Below, in pieces: positions 18,312 to 28,344 of a stretch of DNA of 64,000 bases (the first letter of the stretch is position 1; every line of letters begins with the position of its first letter). Source of the stretch: Bdellovibrionota bacterium (lineage in GTDB: Bacteria; Bdellovibrionota; UBA2428). A program made the position numbers and the translations under genes. The notes beneath the pieces are model-generated. The model had not been told where the DNA came from, did not search any database, and saw nothing but the letters and a program-made list of their open reading frames with translations. The DNA lies in NCBI GenBank assembly GCA_041391385.1, contig JAWKOD010000004.1, positions 192,651 through 256,650 on the forward strand, read 5' to 3'.

Positions 18312-19202
18312 TTAGGGGTTTTTGCTGTAATACTCTTCTAGGACTCGAACAGAGCATCCAAGATCCATATTTTCGATGACATCTCTTAGTTGGTAAATTT
18401 CTTTCTCGTCAGTGATATTTGTAAAAATGAAATGACCTTCTCCTAGTTTTTTAATATTAGTGTTTGTTGTTGGAGCAGGTGTAAGTTCTCGTTTTTTTCC
18501 AAAAGCAGGAAATCTAATCAGGTTCCCTTTGTCTAGTTCTTGAAAATACTCAGGGTGAATAGCGTTTTCTTCGATTGTTGCTACAGGTTGAGTGTGAATT
18601 CTTTTAAGCTCCCCATTTTTATCGGGCCAAAGCATCCAGATTTCTACAAATCCACTAGGAATTTTTTTTACTTCATATCCGACCTGAGCTCTTTGTTTGG
18701 GATTTAAATAAAATTCAGACCAGTTTTCTAAGTCTCGAATGGATATTTCTTTATTTTCTATTTTGAGAGCACGAGCCTTCCAGTCTTTGGATAATCTTAT
18801 CCAGTCCGCAGATTCTTTAGCCGTTTCTATTGGGTCGAATTTTCCTTTCTTCAACTGTTCCTTTGTCATTTCAAATGGAGTTGTTGCTGCAGAGACAAGA
18901 TCCTCTGTTTTAAATTTGTTTACGTCATTTAACCTTTGCTCAAGAACGCCTTTAAGGGATGGCGGAAGAGGTTCCTCAAAAGCTATGACTCTTTCTTTCC
19001 AGTCAGATTCTATTGTGTAAATCGTTCTGAATTGATCTACAGGGGAGTTTTCGCTTGGTTCGCAGTGTTGTTTTTTAATAACATCATAGAAACTAGGCGA
19101 TGCTTTAATCTTAGCTGCTGATGTTGCATGTGCTTGATCGGGTATTTTATCTGCAAGAGCAATAAGTGTAGTGAAAAGAAAACATACGAAAAGAATACGC
19201 AT
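18312..19202 (-). CDS. Secreted hypothetical protein
   Basis: 296-aa ORF with a signal peptide and no recognisable motif. Confidence 0.55.
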   Translation of the reverse strand: MRILFVCFLFTTLIALADKIPDQAHATSAAKIKASPSFYDVIKKQHCEPSENSPVDQFRTIYTIESDWKERVIAFEEPLPPSLKGVLEQRLNDVNKFKTEDLVSAATTPFEMTKEQLKKGKFDPIETAKESADWIRLSKDWKARALKIENKEISIRDLENWSEFYLNPKQRAQVGYEVKKIPSGFVEIWMLWPDKNGELKRIHTQPVATIEENAIHPEYFQELDKGNLIRFPAFGKKRELTPAPTTNTNIKKLGEGHFIFTNITDEKEIYQLRDVIENMDLGCSVRVLEEYYSKNP

Positions 19203-19265
19203 ATTTTTAGAGTAAGGTATTTTAGAGAATTTTAGTAAAATAGCTTGACGAAACTGATTTGAAAC

Positions 19266-19308
19266 AAAAAAAGGTGCCGTACTTTTTTAGAAGTACGACA
19301 CCTTTTTT
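19266..19308 (-). terminator. Rho-independent terminator after rpsT
   Basis: On the minus strand: AAGGTGTCGTACTT, loop, AAGTACGGCACCTT, then TTTTTTTT. Confidence 0.8.
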
Positions 19309-19327
19309 AAGCTAATTTTTAAAAAAC

Positions 19328-19576
19328 TTAGTTAATTTTTGAAAGTCTAGAAACATAGCGAGAAGCTGTGTTTTTGTGAATAATGCCCTTAGAAGCAGCC
19401 TTCATAATGCGGGACACTGCCAATTTTATGGCACCAGTAGCTTCAGCAGTATTTGCTTGTTTTGAGGTTTTTGCGTTCTTAATTGCAAGTCTCATAGCAC
19501 TTAAAACGCTTTTATTTCGAGTAGTTTTGCGCACTGTCTGACGTGCACGTTTTTGAGCAGATTTGATATTAGCCAT
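19328..19576 (-). CDS. rpsT: 30S ribosomal protein S20
   Basis: MANIKSAQKRARQTVRKTTRNKS... is the typical S20 N-terminus. Confidence 0.9.
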   Translation of the reverse strand: MANIKSAQKRARQTVRKTTRNKSVLSAMRLAIKNAKTSKQANTAEATGAIKLAVSRIMKAASKGIIHKNTASRYVSRLSKIN

Positions 19577-19683
19577 GGGGAATGTTGTAGGGTTTCTGCC
19601 CCTAAAGTGTCAAGAATATAGGAGTCATTATTAAGCTTTCTTGAAGGGCTTTGGTTCGGGCTTAAATAGCCGAAAAGACAAGG

Positions 19684-22014
19684 GTGAGGGAACTGAGCCA
19701 TTCTAGCACCCTATCGCGGGATTTATCTGCGAAAACCTTGGGACTTTTATTTCTGTTTTCCTTTGGTGTTGTGGCGCTAATTTTATTGATGATGAGGCAG
19801 TCGTTGGACCAGGCGACTTTGCCACCTTTGACAGCCGGAGAGCGTATTTCTTTTACCCTACGTGTACCTAGAAGCGCATCGGTTGTAAATGAAGCGGCTA
19901 CTGAAAAGGCTAAGTCAGGCCTCCTAAAAGACGTTCGGGAAGTCTATGTTTTCGACGATTCCTATATCCAAAACTGGCAGGCTGATTGGCAGAATCTTTT
20001 TAGAAAAATCAATGCCAACCCTACGCAGGCAGTCGTACTTTTTGAAGACTTTTTTAAAGTCCAGCTCAGTGCACGTGATCGAGATGCTTTGCTGCGGATC
20101 GCTAAGGACCGTTCTGTCCCAGACTCCATTTCCAACAGCTTAAGGGTTATTCGCGGAATGAGAATCCTGCCCTCAGGAATCAAAGATGGCGCTAATTTGG
20201 AAATCTTAAACTTTAAAGCTCGAAAAGCTGAGTTAGTAAAAGTTGGAAAAAACTATGCTGACATCGTAAAAGCTGACGAGGCAAAAAGTGCCTTTTTGGC
20301 ATCTAGAGCTTATCGCGATGGCCCCTTTCTTAAATGGGATTTGCGAATGCGAAAAGCCGTATTGAGCTTGCAGTCCTATCTCATTAAGCCCAATGTGCGC
20401 TTAGACGAAAAACAAACCAAAGAGCGTGTTGATCGAGCCCTTGGAAACTTTTCACCTATTGTTGATTATTATCAGCGTGGAGAAGTACTTCTTCGACAAG
20501 GAGAGCGAGTAACTCCTGAGGTCGTGGTACTCGTGGACCGTTTAGCTAAAGCTTACAAAAACGATAAGCCTATTCGCCCACTCTTTTTCGAAATGCTTTT
20601 TGGTTCGTTATGTCTGTTCTTGGTTCTAATTTATATTAACCACCGCTACCCATTAATTTTTAAAAACTTAAAAGATACTGCGGTAACTGGGCTCTTGTTA
20701 TGTTCCTCTCTGGCTTCATTTAAGTTAGGGATGTGGTTTAGTTTTGAAAGTCTGTCTCAATCCTTTCCACGCGTGCCACTAACCGTGTTTTTATTTGCCC
20801 TACCTTTGGCAGCTCCCTCTATGTTGGCTCGGCTTCTCCTCACAGAAGCTTTGAGTTTACTTTTTGCGGGACTACTCAGTGTGGGCTGCGCAATTTTGAT
20901 GGGCAAGATTGGGGCACTCTTTGGGCTTTATGTCTTAGGAATATCTTTGGCTTCCATTGTTCTACTCGATCAGTGTCGTAGTCGTTCTGAGCTTTACCTT
21001 TCAGGATTAAAGATGGCCTTAGTGTGTGCTGTAGGTGCAGCGGCTTTGATTCTTGCTTGGGGTGGTGGTCTACCGCTTAATTCACCTGAATTTCAAGATT
21101 TAGAGGGCGGTGTAGCCACTGGTACGGCTCAGATCTTATATGGCGCTTTGGGTGCAGCATTAGGTGGTTTTTTATCAGCGGTGCTTGCGCTCGCAATCAC
21201 TCCTCTTTTTGAATTGGTTTTTGGATACACCACAGATTTGAAACTCCTAGAGTTAGCGCGAATGGATCATCCTCTTTTAAGAGAACTGGTTATACGAGCT
21301 CCTGGTACCTTCCATCATAGTTTGATGGTGAGTAGCTTGGCAGAAGCCGGAGCCAAAGAAGTGGGGGCAAGAAGTCTTTTGGTGAGAGTGGGGGCTTTGT
21401 TCCACGACATTGGGAAAATGGAAAAACCTGAGTTCTTTATGGAAAATAATCTTGATGGCTCAAAGTCGCATGCGAATTTGAGACCCGAGGAGTCGGCTCG
21501 AATTATTGTTGGACATGTTGTAAATGGAGTTCATTTGGCAAAACAATATGGGCTTAGGCAAGAGATTATAGATTTTATTGAACAGCACCACGGTAGAGCT
21601 CTTGTCGGCTCTTTTTACTACGATGCTGTTAAAAAAGCTGAGGCCGAAGGTTTGACTGCAGATTCTGTTAATCAAGAGCTTTTCCGTTATCCAGGGCCGA
21701 ATCCTCAGAGCAAGGAAGCAGCTATTTTATCATTGGCGGACGCCTGCGAGGCGGCATCAAGAGGGCTACCTTCGCCGACACCGGAACGTCTTGCTCAGCT
21801 TGTTGAGCGCATACGTGGAGAATTTATTAAAAACGGGCTCTTTGACGATGCCCCTATGACCTTTCAAGAAATGAACATTGTGCTTGAGACATTTAAACGT
21901 ATTTTAGTTGCCGTTCACCATCAGCGTGTTCAGTACAGCCGAGACAAGGAAAAGCCCTTAGAAGTCTTGCGTAACCCGGACGTTCCGCCTTATAAAAAAG
22001 CCAGTGGCCAATAA
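19684..22014 (+). CDS. 7TM-HD (HDIG) membrane phosphohydrolase, PgpH/YqfF-like
   Basis: Extracellular N-terminal domain, multi-TM block, then an HD domain (TFHHSLMVSSLAEAGA...LFHDIGK). It lies upstream of ybeY, as in the common phoH-yqfF-ybeY context. The GTG start is uncertain. Confidence 0.8.
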   Translation: MRELSHSSTLSRDLSAKTLGLLFLFSFGVVALILLMMRQSLDQATLPPLTAGERISFTLRVPRSASVVNEAATEKAKSGLLKDVREVYVFDDSYIQNWQADWQNLFRKINANPTQAVVLFEDFFKVQLSARDRDALLRIAKDRSVPDSISNSLRVIRGMRILPSGIKDGANLEILNFKARKAELVKVGKNYADIVKADEAKSAFLASRAYRDGPFLKWDLRMRKAVLSLQSYLIKPNVRLDEKQTKERVDRALGNFSPIVDYYQRGEVLLRQGERVTPEVVVLVDRLAKAYKNDKPIRPLFFEMLFGSLCLFLVLIYINHRYPLIFKNLKDTAVTGLLLCSSLASFKLGMWFSFESLSQSFPRVPLTVFLFALPLAAPSMLARLLLTEALSLLFAGLLSVGCAILMGKIGALFGLYVLGISLASIVLLDQCRSRSELYLSGLKMALVCAVGAAALILAWGGGLPLNSPEFQDLEGGVATGTAQILYGALGAALGGFLSAVLALAITPLFELVFGYTTDLKLLELARMDHPLLRELVIRAPGTFHHSLMVSSLAEAGAKEVGARSLLVRVGALFHDIGKMEKPEFFMENNLDGSKSHANLRPEESARIIVGHVVNGVHLAKQYGLRQEIIDFIEQHHGRALVGSFYYDAVKKAEAEGLTADSVNQELFRYPGPNPQSKEAAILSLADACEAASRGLPSPTPERLAQLVERIRGEFIKNGLFDDAPMTFQEMNIVLETFKRILVAVHHQRVQYSRDKEKPLEVLRNPDVPPYKKASGQ

Positions 22015-22032
22015 ATATTTTGAGGTAGTTTT

Positions 22033-22530
22033 GTGAGCCTTCGGATTACTAGCTCCGAAATCGCTCTTCAGAATCCATTGAGTGATTCTCAAATGAAGCT
22101 GCTCTTTACCTTTACCTTGAAGTCACTAAAGGGAACTTCAGAATACAAAACCTTTTCTAAGAAGCTTGGTGTTCCCAAGAGTGTTGAGCTTCATTTTTGT
22201 GATGATCGTGAAATGCGAAGTTATCAAAAACGTTTTCGCAAACTTGATCGAACGACAGATGTGTTGAGTTTTCCTTCCTTGGAATCTCCTTCAAATAGTG
22301 AAAAAAACTTTTTAGGTTCAATTATTGTTTCGCTTCCAAGCGTTAAGAAGAATGCCAAACGTTACAAGAAGACCTTTCAGGTAGAAATGGCAGCAGTTTG
22401 TGTGCATGGAATTTTGCATCTCTTTGGTTTTGATCACGTTAAAGTTTCGAAACTAAAGAGAGAGCGAATGAGAAAAATACAAAAGGAAATACTTTCAAAT
22501 TTGCTCGATTTAATCAATGAGGCGGCCTAG
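22033..22530 (+). CDS. ybeY: rRNA maturation endoribonuclease YbeY
   Basis: Zinc motif HGILHLFGFDH. Confidence 0.85.
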   Translation: MSLRITSSEIALQNPLSDSQMKLLFTFTLKSLKGTSEYKTFSKKLGVPKSVELHFCDDREMRSYQKRFRKLDRTTDVLSFPSLESPSNSEKNFLGSIIVSLPSVKKNAKRYKKTFQVEMAAVCVHGILHLFGFDHVKVSKLKRERMRKIQKEILSNLLDLINEAA

Positions 22531-22540
22531 AGTCTTAATT

Positions 22541-23696
22541 ATGACTGAAAAGCGAAGCCTGAAGGACTTGGGTCTTACAGTTGAAGAACTTTACAACAGA
22601 GTGATTCAACTGGGGAGGTCACTTTGACACTCCTGGAAAAAGCCGTCGCGTAGAAGAAATTACACATCTAGAAAGTCAGCCTGACTTTTGGAATGACAAT
22701 CAAAAAGCCACAAAAACTCAAAAAGAGAAAAATCAGATTGAAGCAATCTTAACTCCCTATTCGAGGGTCTTAACTTTAGTTGAGGACTTAAAAGCCCTCC
22801 ATCAACTTTGTACTGAATTGGGAGAAGTGGATGTTGCGTCTTATTCAGAATTTGAAAAAGGCTTTGTTGCAGCTGAGGAAGAATTAAGAACATTAGAGCT
22901 AAGTCGTATGCTTTCGGGCGAAAACGATGCGGGGAACTGTTATCTCACGGTGCACGCAGGAGCAGGCGGCACTGAGGCCTGCGATTGGGCCGCTATGCTT
23001 GCGCGTATGTATCAGCGCTATGCTCAAAAGCAGGGCTTTAAAACTGAAGTGATAGATTTTACAGATGGTGACGGGGCTGGGTATCGCTCAATCACATTTG
23101 AAATTTCTGGTCCGAATGCGTATGGCTTTTTAAAGGCTGAAGTTGGGGTTCATCGCCTTGTCCGTATAAGTCCTTTTGACTCAAATGCGAGACGACACAC
23201 AAGTTTTTCGAGCGTATTTGTTTACCCTGTGATTGAAGATGATATTCAAGTTGAGGTTCGAACAGAAGATCTAAGAGTCGACACTTACAGAGCGGGGGGA
23301 GCAGGAGGGCAGCACGTCAACAAAACAGACTCAGCAGTTCGGATGACCCACATTCCTACGGGTGTAGTTGTTCAATGTCAGGCCGAACGCTCTCAAATTC
23401 AAAACCGCGAGCGCGCAATGAAGATGTTAAAAGCTCGTTTGTATGAGCTTGAGCTTCAAAAACGACAAGAAGAAGCTGACAAAACAAATGCGACGAAGAA
23501 GTCGATTTCTTGGGGATCGCAAATTAGAAATTATGTTCTACAACCCTATCAATTAATTAAAGACACACGCACTCAGTATGAGACGAGCAATGTCGATAAA
23601 GTTTTAGATGGCGATATACAGGATTTCATAGAACACTTTTTACTTCACGGCGGTGAAGCGACTGATTCACAAGCAGGAGAGGGTGATGCGATTTGA
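22541..23696 (+). CDS. prfB: Peptide chain release factor 2, requires the programmed +1 frameshift
   Basis: ORF0 is ATG 22541...CTT TGA (22622-22627). The +1 frame continues DTPGKSRRVEEITHLESQPDFWND... into the tracked ORF carrying the SPF and GGQ motifs (RISPFDSNARRHTSF, GAGGQHVNKT). Confidence 0.9.
22612..22628 (+). promoter_or_regulatory. prfB: prfB +1 recoding site (internal SD-like GGGGAGG, then CTT TGA C)
   Basis: GGGGAGG at 22612-22618 lies 3 nt upstream of the slippery CTT followed by TGA C (22622-22628). This is the canonical RF2 autoregulatory site. Confidence 0.9.
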
Positions 23697-23772
23697 GAGT
23701 CACTCTTATAGTAGTGTCGCTTGGACTTTGCGCTTGACGCCGCGCAACGCAAGCCTCTAGTTTCTCTAGGAA

Positions 23773-24312
23773 ATGAGAAGTCACTTAAAAAACTCATGGG
23801 TCTTTTTATTTTTCCTCGTTTCATTCGTTAGTTTTGCAGGCCCTAGCCACATCGCCACGGTCCATAAAGCTCGAGAAAATTGGGCGAGCGTAGAAGAGGG
23901 CATTTTTTATCGCTCACAAAAGCTAACAAGTAATCAACTACTCAGCCGTATTCGACAACATCAGATTAAATCGATTCTCTGTCTTGCGGAGTGCACAGAA
24001 GAAGAGCAAGGCCTAGCTCTTGAGCTCGGAGTTAAATATTATAATCGCAGTATGAACATCCCTGAAATCGAGTTATCTGATCTAAATGGCATAATTCAGA
24101 TTTTAAAAGATGCCCCTAAGCCGTTACTTGTTCATTGTCGCAAAGGCGCAGATCGCACGGGGATGGCAGTTGCACTTTATTTTTATGCTATTAAAGAACA
24201 AGACCTCAAGACTTCTATGAAAAAAGGACTTCGTTTGAGATATGGCCACTTAGGTAAAATGTGGACCCCTCGCATTTATGAAGTTCTTCAAGAATTTGAA
24301 AGTCAAAATTAA
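23773..24312 (+). CDS. Secreted protein-tyrosine / dual-specificity phosphatase family protein
   Basis: Signal peptide and the CX5R P-loop VHCRKGADRTG. Confidence 0.7.
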   Translation: MRSHLKNSWVFLFFLVSFVSFAGPSHIATVHKARENWASVEEGIFYRSQKLTSNQLLSRIRQHQIKSILCLAECTEEEQGLALELGVKYYNRSMNIPEIELSDLNGIIQILKDAPKPLLVHCRKGADRTGMAVALYFYAIKEQDLKTSMKKGLRLRYGHLGKMWTPRIYEVLQEFESQN

Positions 24313-24359
24313 AAGTAAAATATGAAGTAGCTCATCGGAGAGCAAATAGTGCTCATTGC

Positions 24360-24854
24360 TTATTTTAAGCAAAGAACATTTCTATCCTTGTAACTTCCGT
24401 ATGCACCAGCGTAACTCAGTTCGCCTTCGCTGTTTTCGGTCATGATGGAAGTAACAACGAGATCGAAGTAAATCGAAGAAGGATCTATTTTAGCGTAATA
24501 GTAAGTGGCGTGTGCAATGCTGCTTTCTGAAAGGCCAAGAAGTCCGAGCGGATAGTAATCAATGTTTTCTAAATTCAGTTGGTTTTTATAATAGCTCTGA
24601 TAAGGGCCATTAAGTTTGAGGGGAAGGTCAGCGTTGTTTTCTGTGAGCTTAACTTCGATGCTTCCATCACTGTCGTTGTTCTCTTCGCCTTCCGCTGCGG
24701 GAGTTGCTTTTATTTTGAGTTGAAGAGGGGTTTGGGTGTTTCCCTCCAGGATTGAGCATTCAAGGGTACTTTCTGTGGCATGAGAGGTATTTAGGACTGC
24801 TATAAAGGCTATAAATGAAGATAATTTGAGTCTCGTGCACCAAGTTTGTCTCAT
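24360..24854 (-). CDS. Secreted hypothetical protein
   Basis: 164-aa ORF with a signal peptide. Confidence 0.5.
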   Translation of the reverse strand: MRQTWCTRLKLSSFIAFIAVLNTSHATESTLECSILEGNTQTPLQLKIKATPAAEGEENNDSDGSIEVKLTENNADLPLKLNGPYQSYYKNQLNLENIDYYPLGLLGLSESSIAHATYYYAKIDPSSIYFDLVVTSIMTENSEGELSYAGAYGSYKDRNVLCLK

Positions 24855-24971
24855 AGAGGATTCATAGCAATTACAAAGTCTTGGGTATGCTTAAAAGGTA
24901 TTACTTAGAGCCTGTTTAGCCACGAAACTTTGTTTGACCTGGCCTTGGGAGTGGGAAAAGAGGTAAAGCAA

Positions 24972-26441
24972 ATGGCAGCAAAGTTATGGTCTTTATTAGA
25001 TAAAATCTGGCTCAGCCTTGGTTCCGTTAAGGTCACTTTTGTTATTTTTATTGCACTTTTGTTGCTTTCTATTCCTGGCACTCTTTTTATGCAGGAGAAT
25101 ATTTCAAATATTGATCCTGGCTTGCAGTATGACTTTGCTTTTTGGCAATTTGGACAATGGATTCAACTTTTTAGAGCCTATCATTCGTTTTGGTATGTAG
25201 GACTTATTGTTTTGTTGGCCGTAAATTTAATTATTTGCTCTTACGAGAGATGGCCTTCGATGTGGAAGCTTGCGTTCGCTAAGCCTGTGGCTTTGAGTCC
25301 ACAAGCGATTGAGCGCAAGGAAAAATCGCAGGTTTATGAATGGGAGCTAGTTCAGGAACCTAAGTCTTTACGTAATGATTTCGAAAAATGGGCTTCAAAA
25401 CATTGGATAAAATATAAAGTCCTTAAGGATTCCCCTGATGAGTGGCAAGTGGGATGGCATAAGCACCGCTTGGCGCGTATCGCGAACTACGCAGTTCATA
25501 CAAGTCTACTGATGATTTTTGCGGGAGCGATATGGTCGGGACTTTATGGGTTTGAAGGACTTTTAAATATTCCGGAAGGTTCAGCAGTTGATACTTTTTT
25601 AATGTTTAAAGAAGGCGGTTCTGCTGGATTAGAACGACCTCCGGGAGGGAGGGGAACTCCAAATGAACGAATGATGGATTTTCGTTTGGAGGCTGCACAT
25701 TTTAATGTGGAGTTTTATAAAGATTTTCCAGGAAGACCCAAAGAATTTGCCACTCGCTTAAATGCTATCGATCGTGGAACAGGTGAGATTATTGCTTCAC
25801 AGGTGATTCGCGTAAATCAACCCCTGGCTGTTGGGAAATATACCTTTTATCAAGCAAGCTATGGTGAGTTGGGAGACTACAAACTTGATTTTAGAATTAT
25901 TCGTAAGTCTTCACTTAAAGGTGAGGGCAAGGGTGCTTTTTTTGAAGATCAAAACTTTTTTTCTGCAAAGCTTGGGCAAGTACAAAATTTTCCAAAGTAT
26001 GGAGCTTCCTTTGTCCCTGTGAAGTTTGCTCAAGATTTACAAGGACATGGTCCAGCTATACAGGTTCAAACTCTAAAAAATGATCAACTTGTCGGTGAGC
26101 CGTATTGGGTTCTTAAAAACGATCCCGTTTATGATTTTGGTAGGGATTCGGAATGGGCTTTGGTTTTGGATGAATATAAGCCGCTTTATTTTACGGGCCT
26201 GCAGGTAGCGTATGACCCCGGAGCACCCATCTATTGGTTAGGGTGCATCGGTATGCTTTTGGGCACATTCTATGCTTTGTTCTTCCAACATAAGAAGTTT
26301 CATTTTATTGTTCGCAAGGGGAAAGTGATTTTAACAGGATCAACTCACCGCTTACCTTACAGTTTTGAAAGTGAATTAAAAAAACTTTCTCAATCAATTG
26401 AAGAAGATGTCCTAGGAAAAGGAGCGATTCATGTTACATGA
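24972..26441 (+). CDS. resB: Cytochrome c biogenesis protein ResB/Ccs1 (System II)
   Basis: N-terminal TM helix (VKVTFVIFIALLLLSIPGT), a large periplasmic domain and a C-terminal TM helix. It precedes ccsA. I prefer ATG 24972, which follows GAAAAGAGG. Confidence 0.75.
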   Translation: MAAKLWSLLDKIWLSLGSVKVTFVIFIALLLLSIPGTLFMQENISNIDPGLQYDFAFWQFGQWIQLFRAYHSFWYVGLIVLLAVNLIICSYERWPSMWKLAFAKPVALSPQAIERKEKSQVYEWELVQEPKSLRNDFEKWASKHWIKYKVLKDSPDEWQVGWHKHRLARIANYAVHTSLLMIFAGAIWSGLYGFEGLLNIPEGSAVDTFLMFKEGGSAGLERPPGGRGTPNERMMDFRLEAAHFNVEFYKDFPGRPKEFATRLNAIDRGTGEIIASQVIRVNQPLAVGKYTFYQASYGELGDYKLDFRIIRKSSLKGEGKGAFFEDQNFFSAKLGQVQNFPKYGASFVPVKFAQDLQGHGPAIQVQTLKNDQLVGEPYWVLKNDPVYDFGRDSEWALVLDEYKPLYFTGLQVAYDPGAPIYWLGCIGMLLGTFYALFFQHKKFHFIVRKGKVILTGSTHRLPYSFESELKKLSQSIEEDVLGKGAIHVT

Positions 26442-27726
26442 GTGGTCAGTTAACTCTTTAAATGCCTCAGCCTTTATTTATTTAGCCTCAATGTTTGTAC
26501 TTTTTATTGGAGCTATTCGAAACATTCAAACAAGTAAGTGGGTTTGCGTGGGTAAGGCTCTAGCGGCCTTAGCCTTTAGTGCTCATACTTTTGGACTGCT
26601 CTCGAGATGGTATATCGGCGGCATTGAGAGGCCGCCTTGGACGAATTTGTATGAAAGCTTGATATTTTTTGCTTGGGGTGCGGCTGTTTTCTTGATGCTT
26701 GCTCTCTTTAAATGGAGGGTGACCTTAGTTGGCGTCTTTTTAACTCCTTTTATTTTTCTCTTGATGGGGATGAGTGTAATGACCCCCAACAAGCTTGTTG
26801 AGCCTCTAATTCCCGCTTTGCAAAGTTATTGGAACCGTATCCATGTTGTGTTTGGAATGCTCTCTTATGGGGCGATTATGTCGGGTGCGAGTTTGGCTTT
26901 TCTGCAGCTCATAAAAAACAAATACTCGATTAAAAAAATTGGTGCCATGCTTTCGCTCTTGTCTGTGATGATGGTGCTCATGATTGCTGGAAAGGAATTC
27001 TATAAGAGTGGCCGCTTTGAGATGGCGCGCACCGTAGAGCAGGTCTTGCCAGACGGGTCTACTGTTCACACGAAAGACATTTATCGTGACTACGAGGGAG
27101 GTCCTGTTATCACACGAACAGAAGAGGTTCCCGCTGGAAGTATTCCTGTTTTCTTTTCACTCGCTTGTTTTTTAAGTGCAGCTCTTGTTTATTTGAGTAA
27201 AAGAAAAGAAAAAGATGGACACAAGCTTTTTGGTCTAGGGATTTTTTCGCTTTTTGTTCTCGTAGCTTGGATCTTTTGGGCCATTCGGCACAATGAGCAT
27301 CTCACGCTTCAATCGAACCCCTATCTTTTGATGGCGATCATTACGACATTCTTTTTTGATTTGTTTTTAGTCCTAGCTGTTTGGAAGAAAACATCCTTCA
27401 TGGATTCCCTTCCAAGTGCGGAACGCTTAGATGAGCTTAGTTACAAAAACTTACTTTTTGCTTTTCCCGCGCAAATGCTTCTTCTGATTACAGGTGCTAT
27501 TTGGGCTTATTATTCATGGGGAAGAAGTTGGGGATGGGACCCTAAGGAGACGTGGGCTTTTATCACTTGGGTGGGAATGCTGATTTATCTCCATGGAAAA
27601 CTTCTTATGAAGTGGAAAGCAAATCTGCTTTCAGTTGTTTTTATTGGAATCTTGGCGCTTATGATTTTTGCTTTTTTAGGCGTGAATCTTTTATTGAGTG
27701 GACTTCACTCTTACGGATCGGCTTAA
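26431..27726 (+). CDS. ccsA: Cytochrome c-type biogenesis protein CcsA/ResC
   Basis: Polytopic protein with the W-rich heme-handling motif WGRSWGWDPKETWAFITW. Confidence 0.85.
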   Translation: MLHEWSVNSLNASAFIYLASMFVLFIGAIRNIQTSKWVCVGKALAALAFSAHTFGLLSRWYIGGIERPPWTNLYESLIFFAWGAAVFLMLALFKWRVTLVGVFLTPFIFLLMGMSVMTPNKLVEPLIPALQSYWNRIHVVFGMLSYGAIMSGASLAFLQLIKNKYSIKKIGAMLSLLSVMMVLMIAGKEFYKSGRFEMARTVEQVLPDGSTVHTKDIYRDYEGGPVITRTEEVPAGSIPVFFSLACFLSAALVYLSKRKEKDGHKLFGLGIFSLFVLVAWIFWAIRHNEHLTLQSNPYLLMAIITTFFFDLFLVLAVWKKTSFMDSLPSAERLDELSYKNLLFAFPAQMLLLITGAIWAYYSWGRSWGWDPKETWAFITWVGMLIYLHGKLLMKWKANLLSVVFIGILALMIFAFLGVNLLLSGLHSYGSA

Positions 27727-27735
27727 GGATTTAAG

Positions 27736-28344
27736 ATGGGTTTAGGAAAAGCTTCACTGAGAATGACCAAATTGGTCGACCAAGAGTGGGAGCTCCCGGA
27801 GTTACCCACTTGGATTGTTATGGGTCGTTCTAATGTTGGCAAAAGCTCACTTTTGAATGCCTTGATTCATCCACAGGAAATTTTTCGCTCAGGCTCTACG
27901 CCTGGGGTGACTCGTGGACTTGTGGGTGCAACAGTTGCAATGGGGAGAAAAGAGTTTTTCTTATTAGACTTACCGGGTTGGGGCTATGCTGTGAGATCGG
28001 CCATAGAACAAGAATCTTGGGAACTCTTAGGGGATAAGCTTGAGTCTTCGATTATGCATGAGCGAACGCAGATCATTTGGCTTGCAGATCCTCGTCGTAG
28101 TTTTGATGAGAATGAAATGAAAATTTTAAAATGGCTCGGACCTAAGAATTGGTTTTTGGTTTTTACTAAAGCTGACCAGGTGAAACGCTCTGAAAGACAA
28201 AAAACAGAGCGTTCTTGGGCTAAAGCAATTGAAGGGTCTGTTGAGCGCGCCATTTGGGTAAGTGCTAAAACGGGAGATGGTATGGACGAGCTTATGAAGC
28301 GCGCACGTACGTTTGTTCGAAAAGTTATTGAGGACGATGCGTGA
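27736..28344 (+). CDS. engB: Ribosome biogenesis GTPase YihA/EngB
   Basis: G1 motif GRSNVGKSSLLNAL, G3 motif DLPGWGYA, G4 motif TKAD. Confidence 0.8.
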   Translation: MGLGKASLRMTKLVDQEWELPELPTWIVMGRSNVGKSSLLNALIHPQEIFRSGSTPGVTRGLVGATVAMGRKEFFLLDLPGWGYAVRSAIEQESWELLGDKLESSIMHERTQIIWLADPRRSFDENEMKILKWLGPKNWFLVFTKADQVKRSERQKTERSWAKAIEGSVERAIWVSAKTGDGMDELMKRARTFVRKVIEDDA

